From positions 8,378 to 72,377 of the forward strand of contig JAZUDJ010000109.1 of NCBI GenBank assembly GCA_045639585.1: DNA of 64,000 nucleotides, read 5' to 3'. Below, piece by piece: positions 29,159 through 38,414 of this stretch. The stretch's first letter is position 1, and every line of letters starts with the position of its first letter. Both the position numbers and the translations under genes were made by a program. The stretch is from Bacteroidales bacterium. Its GTDB lineage: Bacteria; Bacteroidota; Bacteroidia; Bacteroidales; UBA3663. Under the pieces are notes generated by a model. The model was not told the DNA's origin, did not search any database, and was given only the letters and a program-made list of their open reading frames with translations.

Positions 29159-29404
29159 ATGGAATGTGCTATCAGTATTGAGAAAGACACCGTGCTAGTT
29201 TGTCCAAAGGAGAAATTCCCTCTTCGTCTGGATTTTTCTAAGCGCTATTGTCTGCTTTACGAGAACGCTCGCTCTCAGGCGCGTGATTATGTAGAAGAAG
29301 TTGTTGAATGGTGTGGTCAGCAGCCTGCCAATTTCGACAACCTTGTAAAGAATCTTCTGATCCATACTGCTGCACGCCGCAAAAAATTCGGCATGAATCA
29401 ATGA
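29159..29404 (+). CDS. Hypothetical small protein (81 aa)
   Basis: The only support is an open frame plus an ATGA stop/start overlap with the following TPR gene. I recognise no motif. Confidence 0.4.
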   Translation: MECAISIEKDTVLVCPKEKFPLRLDFSKRYCLLYENARSQARDYVEEVVEWCGQQPANFDNLVKNLLIHTAARRKKFGMNQ

Positions 29405-31578
29405 GAAAAGTCTTTGCACTCCTCACATCACTCATCCTTTCTTTGATCTCGCTTACTGCGCAGATCAATACTGATCGTGTATTGTCGATTGGTCGTAACG
29501 CTCTCTATTATGAGGATTATGTCCTTTCGATACAATACTTCAATGAGGTTATTGCGGTTAAGCCTTACTTGGCAGATCCATATCTTTATCGAAGCATTGC
29601 CAAGATTTACCTTGACGATTATCTGGGTGCAGCTCAGGATGCTAGTGAGTGTATAGAGCGCAATCCTTTCCTTATCACGGCATGGCAGGTAAGAGGTATT
29701 GCCAGACAGAATCTCAAAGAGTATGACGGAGCCATCTCCGACTTCCTTGAGGGTTTGAAGGCGCAACCTGAGAATAAAGTCTTTCTTCGTAGCCTTGCAG
29801 TGACCTATGCCATGAAGAAAGACTATCAGCGAGCCGACAGCTGTTTCAATCACTTTATTTCTCTCTTTCCATCGGAGTCGCAGGCGTATCTCAACCGAGC
29901 TCAGTTACGTATGGAGGAGGGTGATAGTATCTCTGCTCTCCAAGACCTTGATCAGGTTATCAAGCTGGATAAAGGCAATAGTTATGCATATGCCATCCGT
30001 AGTATTATTCTGATGCAGAATGAGCGATACAAGGAGTCTCTGGCCGATCTGGACTTTGCTATCAAGCTTGATCCAGAGAATGCTGCGTATTATAACAACC
30101 GAGCCATGGTCCGTTATAATATTAATGACCTTCGTGGTGCTATGTCTGACTATGACCAGGCACTTGAACTGACTCCAAATAGCGTCCTGTCGCTTTATAA
30201 CCGAGGTATTCTTCGTGCACAGATCGGTGATCGCAATCGTGCAATTTCTGACTTCTCGCGTGTCTTGGACCTTGAACCAGACAACACCTTTGCAAGTTAT
30301 AATCGAGCTATTCTGCGCGATGAGACAGGTGATTTAAGAGGTGCAATTGTCGATTATCAAGCAGTTTTTGATCAGCATCCGAATTTCTTCCCAGCACTTT
30401 ATGCTCGTGCAGAAGACTTGCGTAAGTTAGGACGTACTAAAGAGGCTGATGAGGTTTTCAAACAGGCCTTTACTGTCGAGCAACGTGTCAAGCGTCGTAC
30501 TGCAACTACTGTCGCTTCAGGAGATTTGGCAGATAATTCTTCTGCATCATCTGACAATACAGAGAGCGAAGATGATGAGCTTGATGATAATGACAAGATG
30601 CGTAAGGAGAGCGATAAGAACATTCGTAAGTTCAATCGTATTATGGCCTCTGGCATTGACGAAGATGTGGCTCGATATGATAATAAGTCTCGTGGCCGTA
30701 TTCAGGATCGACAATTCAATATCGAAATGCAGCCTCTCTTCGTACTCTCTTACTATGAGAAGAGTGATGAGATGCGTCAGAATATCTATTTTGAGAAGAC
30801 CCTTTCTGACTTCAATCGTTCAGGTCTGCTTGATCATCGACTTTTGGCCGTATGTCGTGAACCGATGTTGACAGAGACACAGGTACAGGCTCACTTTGCA
30901 TCGATCAACGATCTGTCGAACATCATTGGTATGAGTGGAGGTGCTACGATCAACTTCTTCTCGCGTAGCCTTGACTATATGCTTGTTCAGGATTTCCAGT
31001 CGGCTATCGCTGATCTCAATCAAGTTCTATATCGAAAGGATAATTTCATTCTGGCATATTTTAATCGTGCAGTCATGCGCTTCCGCCAGCTTGAGATTAA
31101 TGAACGTAGTGGTGACATTTCCGCTTCTGCCGCCTTTGCTTCTCAAGCCAATGAAGATGAGCTACGTACTACGGCCATTCGCCATTCTTCGCCACAGATC
31201 CGTCTGAATCCGAATACCGCACTCAGTAACCAGGAGCAGCTTCGTATTCAGACAGAAAACCTGCAGCGACAGCGTAAAGTTGAATGTGAGATGTGTATGC
31301 GCGATCTTGATAAGGTCGTTGAACTTTCTCCAACCTTCGTCTATGCTTATTATAATCGCGCCTTCATCTCGGCTCGACTTAATAACTTTGATGCAGCGCT
31401 TCAGGACCTCAACAAGGCTATCGAGCTGTACCCAAACTTCGCTGAAGCCTACTTCAACCGAGGCCTGGTTCTGCTCCGTGTAGGTAAGACTAAACAAGGC
31501 ATCCAGGACCTCTCGAAAGCAGGAGAGTTAGGCCTTGTACAGGCATATAGTGTTCTGAAGAGAGCAACGCAAGAATAA
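29401..31578 (+). CDS. Secreted tetratricopeptide-repeat protein with an acidic low-complexity linker
   Basis: The signal peptide MRKVFALLTSLILSLISLTAQ begins at the in-frame ATG 29401. There are many TPR units (for example AYLNRAQLRMEEGDSISALQDLDQVIKLD). The linker is SSASSDNTESEDDELDDND. Confidence 0.8.
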   Translation: MRKVFALLTSLILSLISLTAQINTDRVLSIGRNALYYEDYVLSIQYFNEVIAVKPYLADPYLYRSIAKIYLDDYLGAAQDASECIERNPFLITAWQVRGIARQNLKEYDGAISDFLEGLKAQPENKVFLRSLAVTYAMKKDYQRADSCFNHFISLFPSESQAYLNRAQLRMEEGDSISALQDLDQVIKLDKGNSYAYAIRSIILMQNERYKESLADLDFAIKLDPENAAYYNNRAMVRYNINDLRGAMSDYDQALELTPNSVLSLYNRGILRAQIGDRNRAISDFSRVLDLEPDNTFASYNRAILRDETGDLRGAIVDYQAVFDQHPNFFPALYARAEDLRKLGRTKEADEVFKQAFTVEQRVKRRTATTVASGDLADNSSASSDNTESEDDELDDNDKMRKESDKNIRKFNRIMASGIDEDVARYDNKSRGRIQDRQFNIEMQPLFVLSYYEKSDEMRQNIYFEKTLSDFNRSGLLDHRLLAVCREPMLTETQVQAHFASINDLSNIIGMSGGATINFFSRSLDYMLVQDFQSAIADLNQVLYRKDNFILAYFNRAVMRFRQLEINERSGDISASAAFASQANEDELRTTAIRHSSPQIRLNPNTALSNQEQLRIQTENLQRQRKVECEMCMRDLDKVVELSPTFVYAYYNRAFISARLNNFDAALQDLNKAIELYPNFAEAYFNRGLVLLRVGKTKQGIQDLSKAGELGLVQAYSVLKRATQE

Positions 31579-31596
31579 TCATAATATATAATTTTT

Positions 31597-33246
31597 ATGC
31601 AACAGAAAATTATCATTTTGGATTTCGGTTCGCAGACCACACAGCTCATTGCTCGTCGTCTGCGTGAGCTGGATACCTTCTGTGAGATTCTGCCATACAA
31701 CAAGTTCCCAGTAGGGGATAAGGACGTCATCGGCGTCATTCTGGCAGGTTCTCCTTACAGCGTTTATGATCCGGAAGCCTTCAAAGCTGATCTCAGCCAG
31801 TTCATTGGCCGACTTCCAGTCTTGGGTATCTGCTATGGTGCACAGTTCATCGCCTATAACAACGGCGGTAACGTAGAACCTGCAGGTAGTCGTGAGTATG
31901 GCCGACAGAACCTCACTACCATCGACAAGACTTGTCCTCTTTTCCATGGTTTCGATGACAATTCACAGGTGTGGATGTCGCATGGCGATACCATCACCGC
32001 CATTCCAACAGGCGCTCAGGTAGTAGCCAGCACTCCTACAGTAAAGAATGCAGCTTATTACATCCCTTCATTCAATGGTGGCTATCCTGTCTTCGGCGTA
32101 CAGTTCCATCCTGAGGTCTTCCACAGCGTGCAGGGTACACAGTTGCTCAAGAACTTCGTAGTCGATGTCTGTGGCGGTCGTCAGGACTGGTCTGCAGCCA
32201 ACTATATCGAGACTACTGTCAAGGAGCTCCGTGAGCAGATCGGTACTGATCGTGTCATCCTCGGCCTTTCAGGTGGTGTCGACAGCTCTGTTGCTGCCGT
32301 ACTCCTCAACCGTGCCATCGGCAAGCAGCTCGTCTGTATCTTCGTCGATCATGGCATGCTCCGCAAGAATGAGTTTGACGACGTTATGCGAGACTATGAG
32401 TGTCTTGGACTCAACGTGATCGGTGTCGATGCCAGCGATAAGTTCCTCGGTGACCTCGAAGGCGTTACCGAGCCAGAGAAGAAGCGTAAGATCATCGGCC
32501 GTGACTTCGTAGAGGTCTTCAACGAGCAGGCTAAGGCTATCATTAACTCAAGCAACGTAGGTGGCGAGGGCGCTGTCAAGTGGCTCGCTCAGGGTACCAT
32601 CTATCCTGACCGTATCGAGTCGCTCAATATCACTGGCAAGGTTATCAAGTCACACCACAACGTAGGCGGTCTCCCTGAGGAGATGCATCTCTCACTTTGT
32701 GAGCCTTTGAAGTGGCTCTTCAAGGATGAGGTTCGTCGTGTAGGTCGTGAGCTCGGCATGCCAGAGCACCTCATCACCCGTCATCCATTCCCTGGTCCTG
32801 GCTTGGCTGTCCGTATTCTCGGTGCTATCACCCGTGAGAAGGTACGTGTCCTCCAGGATGCTGATGATATCTATATCCGTGGTCTCCGCGAGTACAAGGT
32901 CAAGCTCTCTGGCGAAGAGGCTCGTCGTGTACTTGCTGCTGGCGTTCCTGCCAACATGGAGAACGGCGAGATCGAGGTTTCTCTCTACGATCAGATCTGG
33001 CAGGCCGGTGCTATCCTCCTCAGCGAGGTTCGCAGCGTAGGTGTCATGGGCGATGAACGTACCTATGAGAATCCTGTTGCTCTCCGTGCAGTTACTTCTA
33101 CCGATGCTATGACCGCCGACTGGGCTCACCTCCCATACGACTTCATGGCCAAGGTCAGCAACGACATCATCAACAAGGTCAAGGGTGTCAACCGCGTATG
33201 CTATGACATCTCTTCAAAACCACCTTCAACCATCGAGTGGGAGTAA
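31597..33246 (+). CDS. guaA: GMP synthase (glutamine-hydrolysing)
   Basis: GATase motif GICYGAQ, PP-loop [11 protein letters not shown] and the C-terminus PPSTIEWE. Confidence 0.95.
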   Translation: MQQKIIILDFGSQTTQLIARRLRELDTFCEILPYNKFPVGDKDVIGVILAGSPYSVYDPEAFKADLSQFIGRLPVLGICYGAQFIAYNNGGNVEPAGSREYGRQNLTTIDKTCPLFHGFDDNSQVWMSHGDTITAIPTGAQVVASTPTVKNAAYYIPSFNGGYPVFGVQFHPEVFHSVQGTQLLKNFVVDVCGGRQDWSAANYIETTVKELREQIGTDRVILGLSGGVDSSVAAVLLNRAIGKQLVCIFVDHGMLRKNEFDDVMRDYECLGLNVIGVDASDKFLGDLEGVTEPEKKRKIIGRDFVEVFNEQAKAIINSSNVGGEGAVKWLAQGTIYPDRIESLNITGKVIKSHHNVGGLPEEMHLSLCEPLKWLFKDEVRRVGRELGMPEHLITRHPFPGPGLAVRILGAITREKVRVLQDADDIYIRGLREYKVKLSGEEARRVLAAGVPANMENGEIEVSLYDQIWQAGAILLSEVRSVGVMGDERTYENPVALRAVTSTDAMTADWAHLPYDFMAKVSNDIINKVKGVNRVCYDISSKPPSTIEWE

Positions 33247-33280
33247 TCGATTTGATTGAAAAAGCTAAATATTAAATCCT

Positions 33281-33338
33281 AAATAGCAGCAGCTACGTGA
33301 AGAATATCTTTATGTAACTGCTGTTATTTTAATTTTTG
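33281..33338 (+). terminator. Long hairpin plus T-tract after guaA
   Basis: aaatagcagcagctac ... gtaactgctgttattt forms an imperfect stem of about 16 bp, followed by ttaatttttg. Confidence 0.6.
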
Positions 33339-33403
33339 TCTTTAATTTGATATTAATTTCATTAAAAAAAACGAAATTATTTGGTTCTTTCATAGAAAAA
33401 CGC

Positions 33404-33411
33404 TATATTTG
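33404..33411 (+). promoter_or_regulatory. -7 box TATATTTG
   Basis: tatatttg lies 29 nt upstream of the ATG at 33440. Confidence 0.5.
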
Positions 33412-33439
33412 CACCTCGTAATATATCGATTTTTTGAAA

Positions 33440-34747
33440 ATGAATTTATTAAACAAAGCACTCGCCTTGATCTTCATGGTTATGATGACCATGACTGCAA
33501 GTGTTTCTGTAGCTCAGGATATCAACGAGAGCAATCTCACACGCTCTCCATATTCTCGTTATGGCTATGGTAAGCTTGGTTCATTGGGCAATGCTTCTAC
33601 CAAGGGTATGGGTGATTTGGGTATCGCACTCCGTACCAACAACTATACTACGATTGCCAATCCGGCTTCATTGACTGCGATTGATACGCTCACGATGATC
33701 TTCTCCGTCGGTCTCGATGCAGATTTCTCTAGCTTTAGTGAGAAGGGTATTACTGAGCGCAATTGGGATGCAGGTTTCAGTTACATGAGCTTCCACTTCC
33801 CTTTGTGGCGTAATTTTGCCATGTCGCTCTCTCTGACCCCCTACAGTATGGTCGGTTATTATTATGGCAATACTGAGAAGAAACCTCTTGAGAGCCCGAT
33901 CAATAAGCATGATTCACTCACCGTTCAGAGTGTTTATGATGGCGTAGGTGGTATCAATAACTTTATGATGGGCATCGGTTATCGTCCATGGGTCACTAAG
34001 ATGAACGAACTGAGTGTAGGTGTCAACGTCGGCTTCCTCTTCGGTAGTATTCAGCACACAGCCAGCGCTATTACTAGTTCGCAAGCCAATAGTACCCTGG
34101 TGACGCATGAGATGTCTGCTCGCGGTCTCTTCTTTAAGGCTGGTGTACAGTACACCCATCGTCTCAACGCCGTGCGTAGCTTCACGGTTGGTGCTACCTT
34201 CCAGCCAGAACTTAATCTGAGTGTTGATGCTGCGGAGCTTAAGATCAGTACAGATACCATTCAATTCAATGAGGAGTACCGTCACATGATCAAGTCTCCA
34301 ATGTCACTTGGTTTCGGTGCCTCTTATAATGTAGCTCGTCAGCTCACGGTGTCAGCAGAGTATGAGTACACCAAATGGTCTTCGGTTCGTTCATTGAATA
34401 CTGACCTGAATATATCTCATGATCTCTTCACTGATACACATCGCATTACTGCGGGTGCTGAGTATATTCCACGAGCGGGTACCAACCGTTTCTGGCAGAA
34501 TTGCCGTTATCGAGTAGGTGCGGTCACCAAGAACAGTTATATGCTCATTGATGATGCTAAGTTCCGTGAGTACGGCGTCAATGCAGGTCTTTCGATGCCA
34601 GTCAATCGTCGCTGTTTCCTCGATTTCTCGGTAGGTTACAGTCGTATGCAGCCATCCAAGGCTACCCTTCTTAAAGAAAACTATCTTACATTCACCATGG
34701 GTGTGACATTCAATGAGATGATGTTCTTTAGGAATAAACTTAGATAA
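33440..34747 (+). CDS. Outer-membrane beta-barrel protein of unknown function
   Basis: Signal peptide ending SVSVAQ. The N-terminal SPYSRYGYGKLG motif and alternating aromatic and small residues throughout fit a barrel. The track start 33434 is TTG; ATG at 33440. Confidence 0.6.
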   Translation: MNLLNKALALIFMVMMTMTASVSVAQDINESNLTRSPYSRYGYGKLGSLGNASTKGMGDLGIALRTNNYTTIANPASLTAIDTLTMIFSVGLDADFSSFSEKGITERNWDAGFSYMSFHFPLWRNFAMSLSLTPYSMVGYYYGNTEKKPLESPINKHDSLTVQSVYDGVGGINNFMMGIGYRPWVTKMNELSVGVNVGFLFGSIQHTASAITSSQANSTLVTHEMSARGLFFKAGVQYTHRLNAVRSFTVGATFQPELNLSVDAAELKISTDTIQFNEEYRHMIKSPMSLGFGASYNVARQLTVSAEYEYTKWSSVRSLNTDLNISHDLFTDTHRITAGAEYIPRAGTNRFWQNCRYRVGAVTKNSYMLIDDAKFREYGVNAGLSMPVNRRCFLDFSVGYSRMQPSKATLLKENYLTFTMGVTFNEMMFFRNKLR

Positions 34748-34837
34748 TCAATCCGTTTCTTTTAAACTTTATCTTGTGTCGTTCGTCATAAGGACAAAAA
34801 CTAAGACAATTAGTAACATTAAATATAATTAAGTACA

Positions 34838-36301
34838 ATGAAGACATCTGCAAAAGTAATGCTGAGCGCTCTCTTCGCAATGGGCACCACAGCAATGTAT
34901 GCACAGACTCCAGAGATGCTTGCTACCATGTGTGCAAATGATCTGGACGCTGGTACCAACAACTCTCTTTACAACGACTTCTTCCCTAAGGGAGGTGAGG
35001 CAAAGCCTCTCTCTGCTTATGAGAACTGGAAGGCTCTCTACGATGCAGTTCCAAACTTCAATCAGGCTCTCTATCTTAATGGTGAGAAGATTCTCGTTGC
35101 TAAGGTTGATAAGGCTGTAAAGGATAATAATGCTGCAGATAAGCAGAAGTACGCTAAGGAGCTTGAGAAGTTGATGGAGGATCGTGTAAAGTACGGTTTC
35201 GCTACTAAGACCGTTCCTGCAGAGGCTATTCAGTTGAAGAAGGTTGACTACTTCAAGAAGTATGATTCTGAGGCTACTGACAAGACTGTTTACGAGCAGT
35301 ATGGCGAAATCCTCAAGGGTTTCCGTGGTGGTGCACAGCCATATTACATCGGCCAGTGGTGTGATCTATCTTTGAAGATGGCTAAGGCTGGTGGTGATAA
35401 GAATGGTTACATTCAGGACTACATGACATCTACCGAGTATCTTGATGAGGCTCTTGACCGTTACGTACTCCGTTATGAGGAGGACACCACTGCAGTTGTT
35501 AAGGCTCAGGCAGCTGGAGGTGATGTAGCAAAGCTCGAGCGTGCAGCTAAGGCTACCAAGCAGCTTCTTGATCAGGCTAAGAGTTACAAGATGAACCTCA
35601 CTCAGAAGTTTGCTACCTCTGGTTATGCTGATGTCAACACTCTCGTTGAGATCTTTACCCCACAGGTTGAGGACAAGAAGAGCGACCTCGCATTCCTTAA
35701 CAATGTAGCTAAGCTTCTCGGTCGTACCGCTGAGGGTCGTGAGACTGATCTCTATACTCACGTAGCAGATTACTCTTATCAGATCGAGCCTTCAATGCAG
35801 GCTGCTAAGGGTCTTGCTAAGGCTGCTCTTAAGGCTAAGGATTACGATCGTGCTATCCAGTACTATGATGAGGCACTTGGTCGTGCTATCCAGCCTGATG
35901 ATAAGACTGAGATTCTTCTTTACGAGGCAGCTATCTATCAGGATCGTGGCAACAAGGCTAAGGCTCGTGAGCTTCTCCGCAAGTCTCTCAGCATCGATCC
36001 ATCACAGGATACTCCACACGTAATGATCGCTTCTATGTACGCTTCTTCAGCTAACCAGTCAGGTGCTGATAAGGCTGCTCTGCGCCAGCTCGTATACGTT
36101 GCTGCATACAATGAGATGCAGGCAGCTGTAGCTAATGCACCAACAGATGAGAAGAAGGCAGCATACCAGCGCACCATGGCAGCCTACAAGGGTGGTTTCC
36201 CAGCTAAGGGTGACCTCTTCATGCAGGCAGGCAAGCAGCCAGGTGAGTCTTACACCATCGGCGGTTGGATGGGCGTAACCGTAACAATCCAGTGCCAGTA
36301 A
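34838..36301 (+). CDS. Secreted Ala/Lys-rich protein with C-terminal TPR units
   Basis: Signal peptide LSALFAMGTTAMYAQ. TPR-like AIQYYDEALGRAIQPDD and AKARELLRKSLSIDPS. The codon choice is strongly biased (gct/aag/ctc/ggt), which suggests high expression. Confidence 0.7.
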   Translation: MKTSAKVMLSALFAMGTTAMYAQTPEMLATMCANDLDAGTNNSLYNDFFPKGGEAKPLSAYENWKALYDAVPNFNQALYLNGEKILVAKVDKAVKDNNAADKQKYAKELEKLMEDRVKYGFATKTVPAEAIQLKKVDYFKKYDSEATDKTVYEQYGEILKGFRGGAQPYYIGQWCDLSLKMAKAGGDKNGYIQDYMTSTEYLDEALDRYVLRYEEDTTAVVKAQAAGGDVAKLERAAKATKQLLDQAKSYKMNLTQKFATSGYADVNTLVEIFTPQVEDKKSDLAFLNNVAKLLGRTAEGRETDLYTHVADYSYQIEPSMQAAKGLAKAALKAKDYDRAIQYYDEALGRAIQPDDKTEILLYEAAIYQDRGNKAKARELLRKSLSIDPSQDTPHVMIASMYASSANQSGADKAALRQLVYVAAYNEMQAAVANAPTDEKKAAYQRTMAAYKGGFPAKGDLFMQAGKQPGESYTIGGWMGVTVTIQCQ

Positions 36302-36326
36302 TCTTTTGATTAAGACATATAAAATT

Positions 36327-36368
36327 AATAATGGACGTCATGATATATGGCGTCCATTATTATTTTAT
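36327..36368 (+). terminator. Hairpin plus T-tract terminator
   Basis: aataatggacg (36327-36337) pairs with cgtccattatt (36351-36361), followed by attttattg. Confidence 0.6.
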
Positions 36369-36411
36369 TGAAATATTCTATTATTTATTTGGTCATGTGC
36401 TCAAATGTGTG

Positions 36412-36419
36412 TATCTTTG
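36412..36419 (+). promoter_or_regulatory. -7 box TATCTTTG
   Basis: tatctttg lies 50 nt upstream of the ATG at 36469. This argues against the track start at 36331. Confidence 0.5.
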
Positions 36420-36468
36420 CCGTGTCATTATTAATGTTGATAAGATAAAGATTACACATATTATATAT

Positions 36469-38304
36469 ATGAAGAAGATTCTAGGTTTACGCTCATATAT
36501 CGATCTGGCTCTTGTGGTCATCTTAGTGGCAGGTCTTGTCTATAGCATCGGTTTCGGTGTGAGTCTCTACATTGCCCGTCAGGAGGTCACTGCAGAGGTT
36601 AATAGCAAGGTGCAGCGTGACATTGAGTTTGTCAATACCTATGTGGACGGACAGCTACAGCGCGTAGAAGATGTAGCGTTTACTCTGATTAGCTCGAAGT
36701 TCGGTGCAAGTAACCGTGATGCGAATGGTGAGGGTATGGTACTTATTGACCCTTCGACATTCCGACTTCCAACTGAAGAAGAGGTATTCCTCGATCTGGA
36801 ACGATTCCTTGACATTAATCCTCATATTTGTGGAGCTGCTATTGGTTTTGAGAATTTCGTTTATCCAAATACTGTGGGAGAATATGGCTTTGCTGCCTAT
36901 GTTACTAATGTATCTGGTGTGAATGAGCGCCTATATCTTGGCCAGATCCATGATTTCCATCTGAAGGAATGGTATAAAGAGGCTGCTACGCTTAATAAAC
37001 CTTACTGGAGTCGTCCGTTTGCAGAGACTCGCATGGGAAAGGTTGTCACTTGCTATAGTCTTCCTCTTCATGGAAGAGGTGGTCGACTGGTAGGTGTTCT
37101 TGCGGTGGACATTGATACTGATGCTTTCCGACAGAAGTGTAATGAAGTTTCTCCATTCCCAGGCTCTGAGGTTACTATTGTCGACCGAGAATTCCGATTT
37201 GTCAGTCATCCGGATTCTTCTATGATCATGAAATCGGTAGCTGAGTTGGAGAAATACACTGGATATAGTTCGGATGACAGTATTCAGGAAGCAATGGTGG
37301 CTCAGACAGGTGGCAGCTTTACTGTTACTACTGCAGATCACAGAGAGTCATTCTTCTTTATCTCTCCAATAAAGCGTAATGGTTGGACTATCTCTATTGA
37401 ATGTCCGAAAGAGAAAGTCTTTGGAGGTGTGTCTCGCATGAAGCGTGATACGACCATCATTGCAGTAATCAGCATTCTCTTTATGCTCATTGCTATGCTC
37501 TGGATCTTCCGTCGCTTACAGAAACTGACTATCAGTAAGACGGGTATTGAGAGTGAGCTGAAAGTGGCTTCGAGCATCCAGATGGGTATGATCCCTAAGA
37601 TTTATCCAGCGTTCCCAGATATAAAAGAGCTCGATGTATGTGGCTTCCTGAAACCTGCCAAGAGTGTCGGTGGAGATCTATATGATTACTGCATACGTGA
37701 TAATAAACTATTCTTCTGTATTGGAGATGTATCAGGCAAGGGGATACCGGCCTCTCTCTTTATGACGGTCATTGTAGCTCTTTTCCGCAATGTCTCTTTG
37801 CGTATCGATGATCCTGCAGAAATTCTCTCGTCGCTCAATGACACTATTAGTAAGGGTAATGAGTATTCGATGTTCTGTACAATGTTCCTGGGCGTGCTTG
37901 ATCTGAAAACTGGTAAGTTGAGTTACTGCAATGGTGGCCATAATGCTCCGATTATCAGACGACTGAAGGAGGATGGCTCTATGGACGTTAAGTACATGGA
38001 TGTCAAGCGAAATATTGCAGTAGGTTTGTTTGATGGTTTCATTTTCGAAAAAGAAGAAACGCGATTAGCTCAGGGAGAAGCCTTATTCCTCTATACTGAC
38101 GGTGTTACTGAAGCAGAGAATGCAAATCACGAGCTGTTTGGTGAGGAAGCAGCGCTTTCTTCTTTGATTGAGGCCCGAAGCCACGATGTGCGTACGTCTA
38201 AGGGATTTGTTGAGTATGTATATAATTGCATAGCAAAACATGCTCATGATGCCGAGCAAAGTGATGATATCACAATGCTTGTAGTCGATTTTAAGGGAGA
38301 ATAA
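36469..38304 (+). CDS. Membrane-bound sensor PP2C phosphatase (SpoIIE/RsbU family) with an extracytoplasmic Cache-like domain
   Basis: TM1 (LALVVILVAGLVYSIGFGVSLYI), a periplasmic domain of about 300 aa and TM2 (IIAVISILFMLIAMLWIF). PP2C motifs follow: GGDLYD, GDVSGKGIPASLFM, YTDGVTEA and DDITMLVV. Confidence 0.85.
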   Translation: MKKILGLRSYIDLALVVILVAGLVYSIGFGVSLYIARQEVTAEVNSKVQRDIEFVNTYVDGQLQRVEDVAFTLISSKFGASNRDANGEGMVLIDPSTFRLPTEEEVFLDLERFLDINPHICGAAIGFENFVYPNTVGEYGFAAYVTNVSGVNERLYLGQIHDFHLKEWYKEAATLNKPYWSRPFAETRMGKVVTCYSLPLHGRGGRLVGVLAVDIDTDAFRQKCNEVSPFPGSEVTIVDREFRFVSHPDSSMIMKSVAELEKYTGYSSDDSIQEAMVAQTGGSFTVTTADHRESFFFISPIKRNGWTISIECPKEKVFGGVSRMKRDTTIIAVISILFMLIAMLWIFRRLQKLTISKTGIESELKVASSIQMGMIPKIYPAFPDIKELDVCGFLKPAKSVGGDLYDYCIRDNKLFFCIGDVSGKGIPASLFMTVIVALFRNVSLRIDDPAEILSSLNDTISKGNEYSMFCTMFLGVLDLKTGKLSYCNGGHNAPIIRRLKEDGSMDVKYMDVKRNIAVGLFDGFIFEKEETRLAQGEALFLYTDGVTEAENANHELFGEEAALSSLIEARSHDVRTSKGFVEYVYNCIAKHAHDAEQSDDITMLVVDFKGE

Positions 38305-38336
38305 CCTCTACAGGGTGTCATTTATACGCCATAAAG

Positions 38337-38390
38337 ATATCACCAGCCTTGCTTAATAATAAGAATCAGAGCAAGGCTGGTGATATTTTG
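38337..38390. terminator. Perfect 17-bp hairpin between convergent genes (bidirectional terminator)
   Basis: atatcaccagccttgct (38337-38353) pairs with agcaaggctggtgatat (38370-38386). It is flanked by aaag upstream and tttg downstream. Confidence 0.7.
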
Positions 38391-38414
38391 TATCTGTATT
38401 ATATTGTCTGAAGA

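Noticed and set aside
31597-33246. guaA (549 aa) and glnS (604 aa) look longer than the versions I remember; I considered fusion or misassembly.
   Set aside because: Both frames are continuous with all catalytic motifs in the normal order. The extra length appears as internal insertions (for example [12 protein letters not shown] in GuaA and the EGKDIHYEEGLVEKLGANEKPENGEH region in GlnRS), which are plausible lineage-specific loops. I cannot evaluate this further without alignments.
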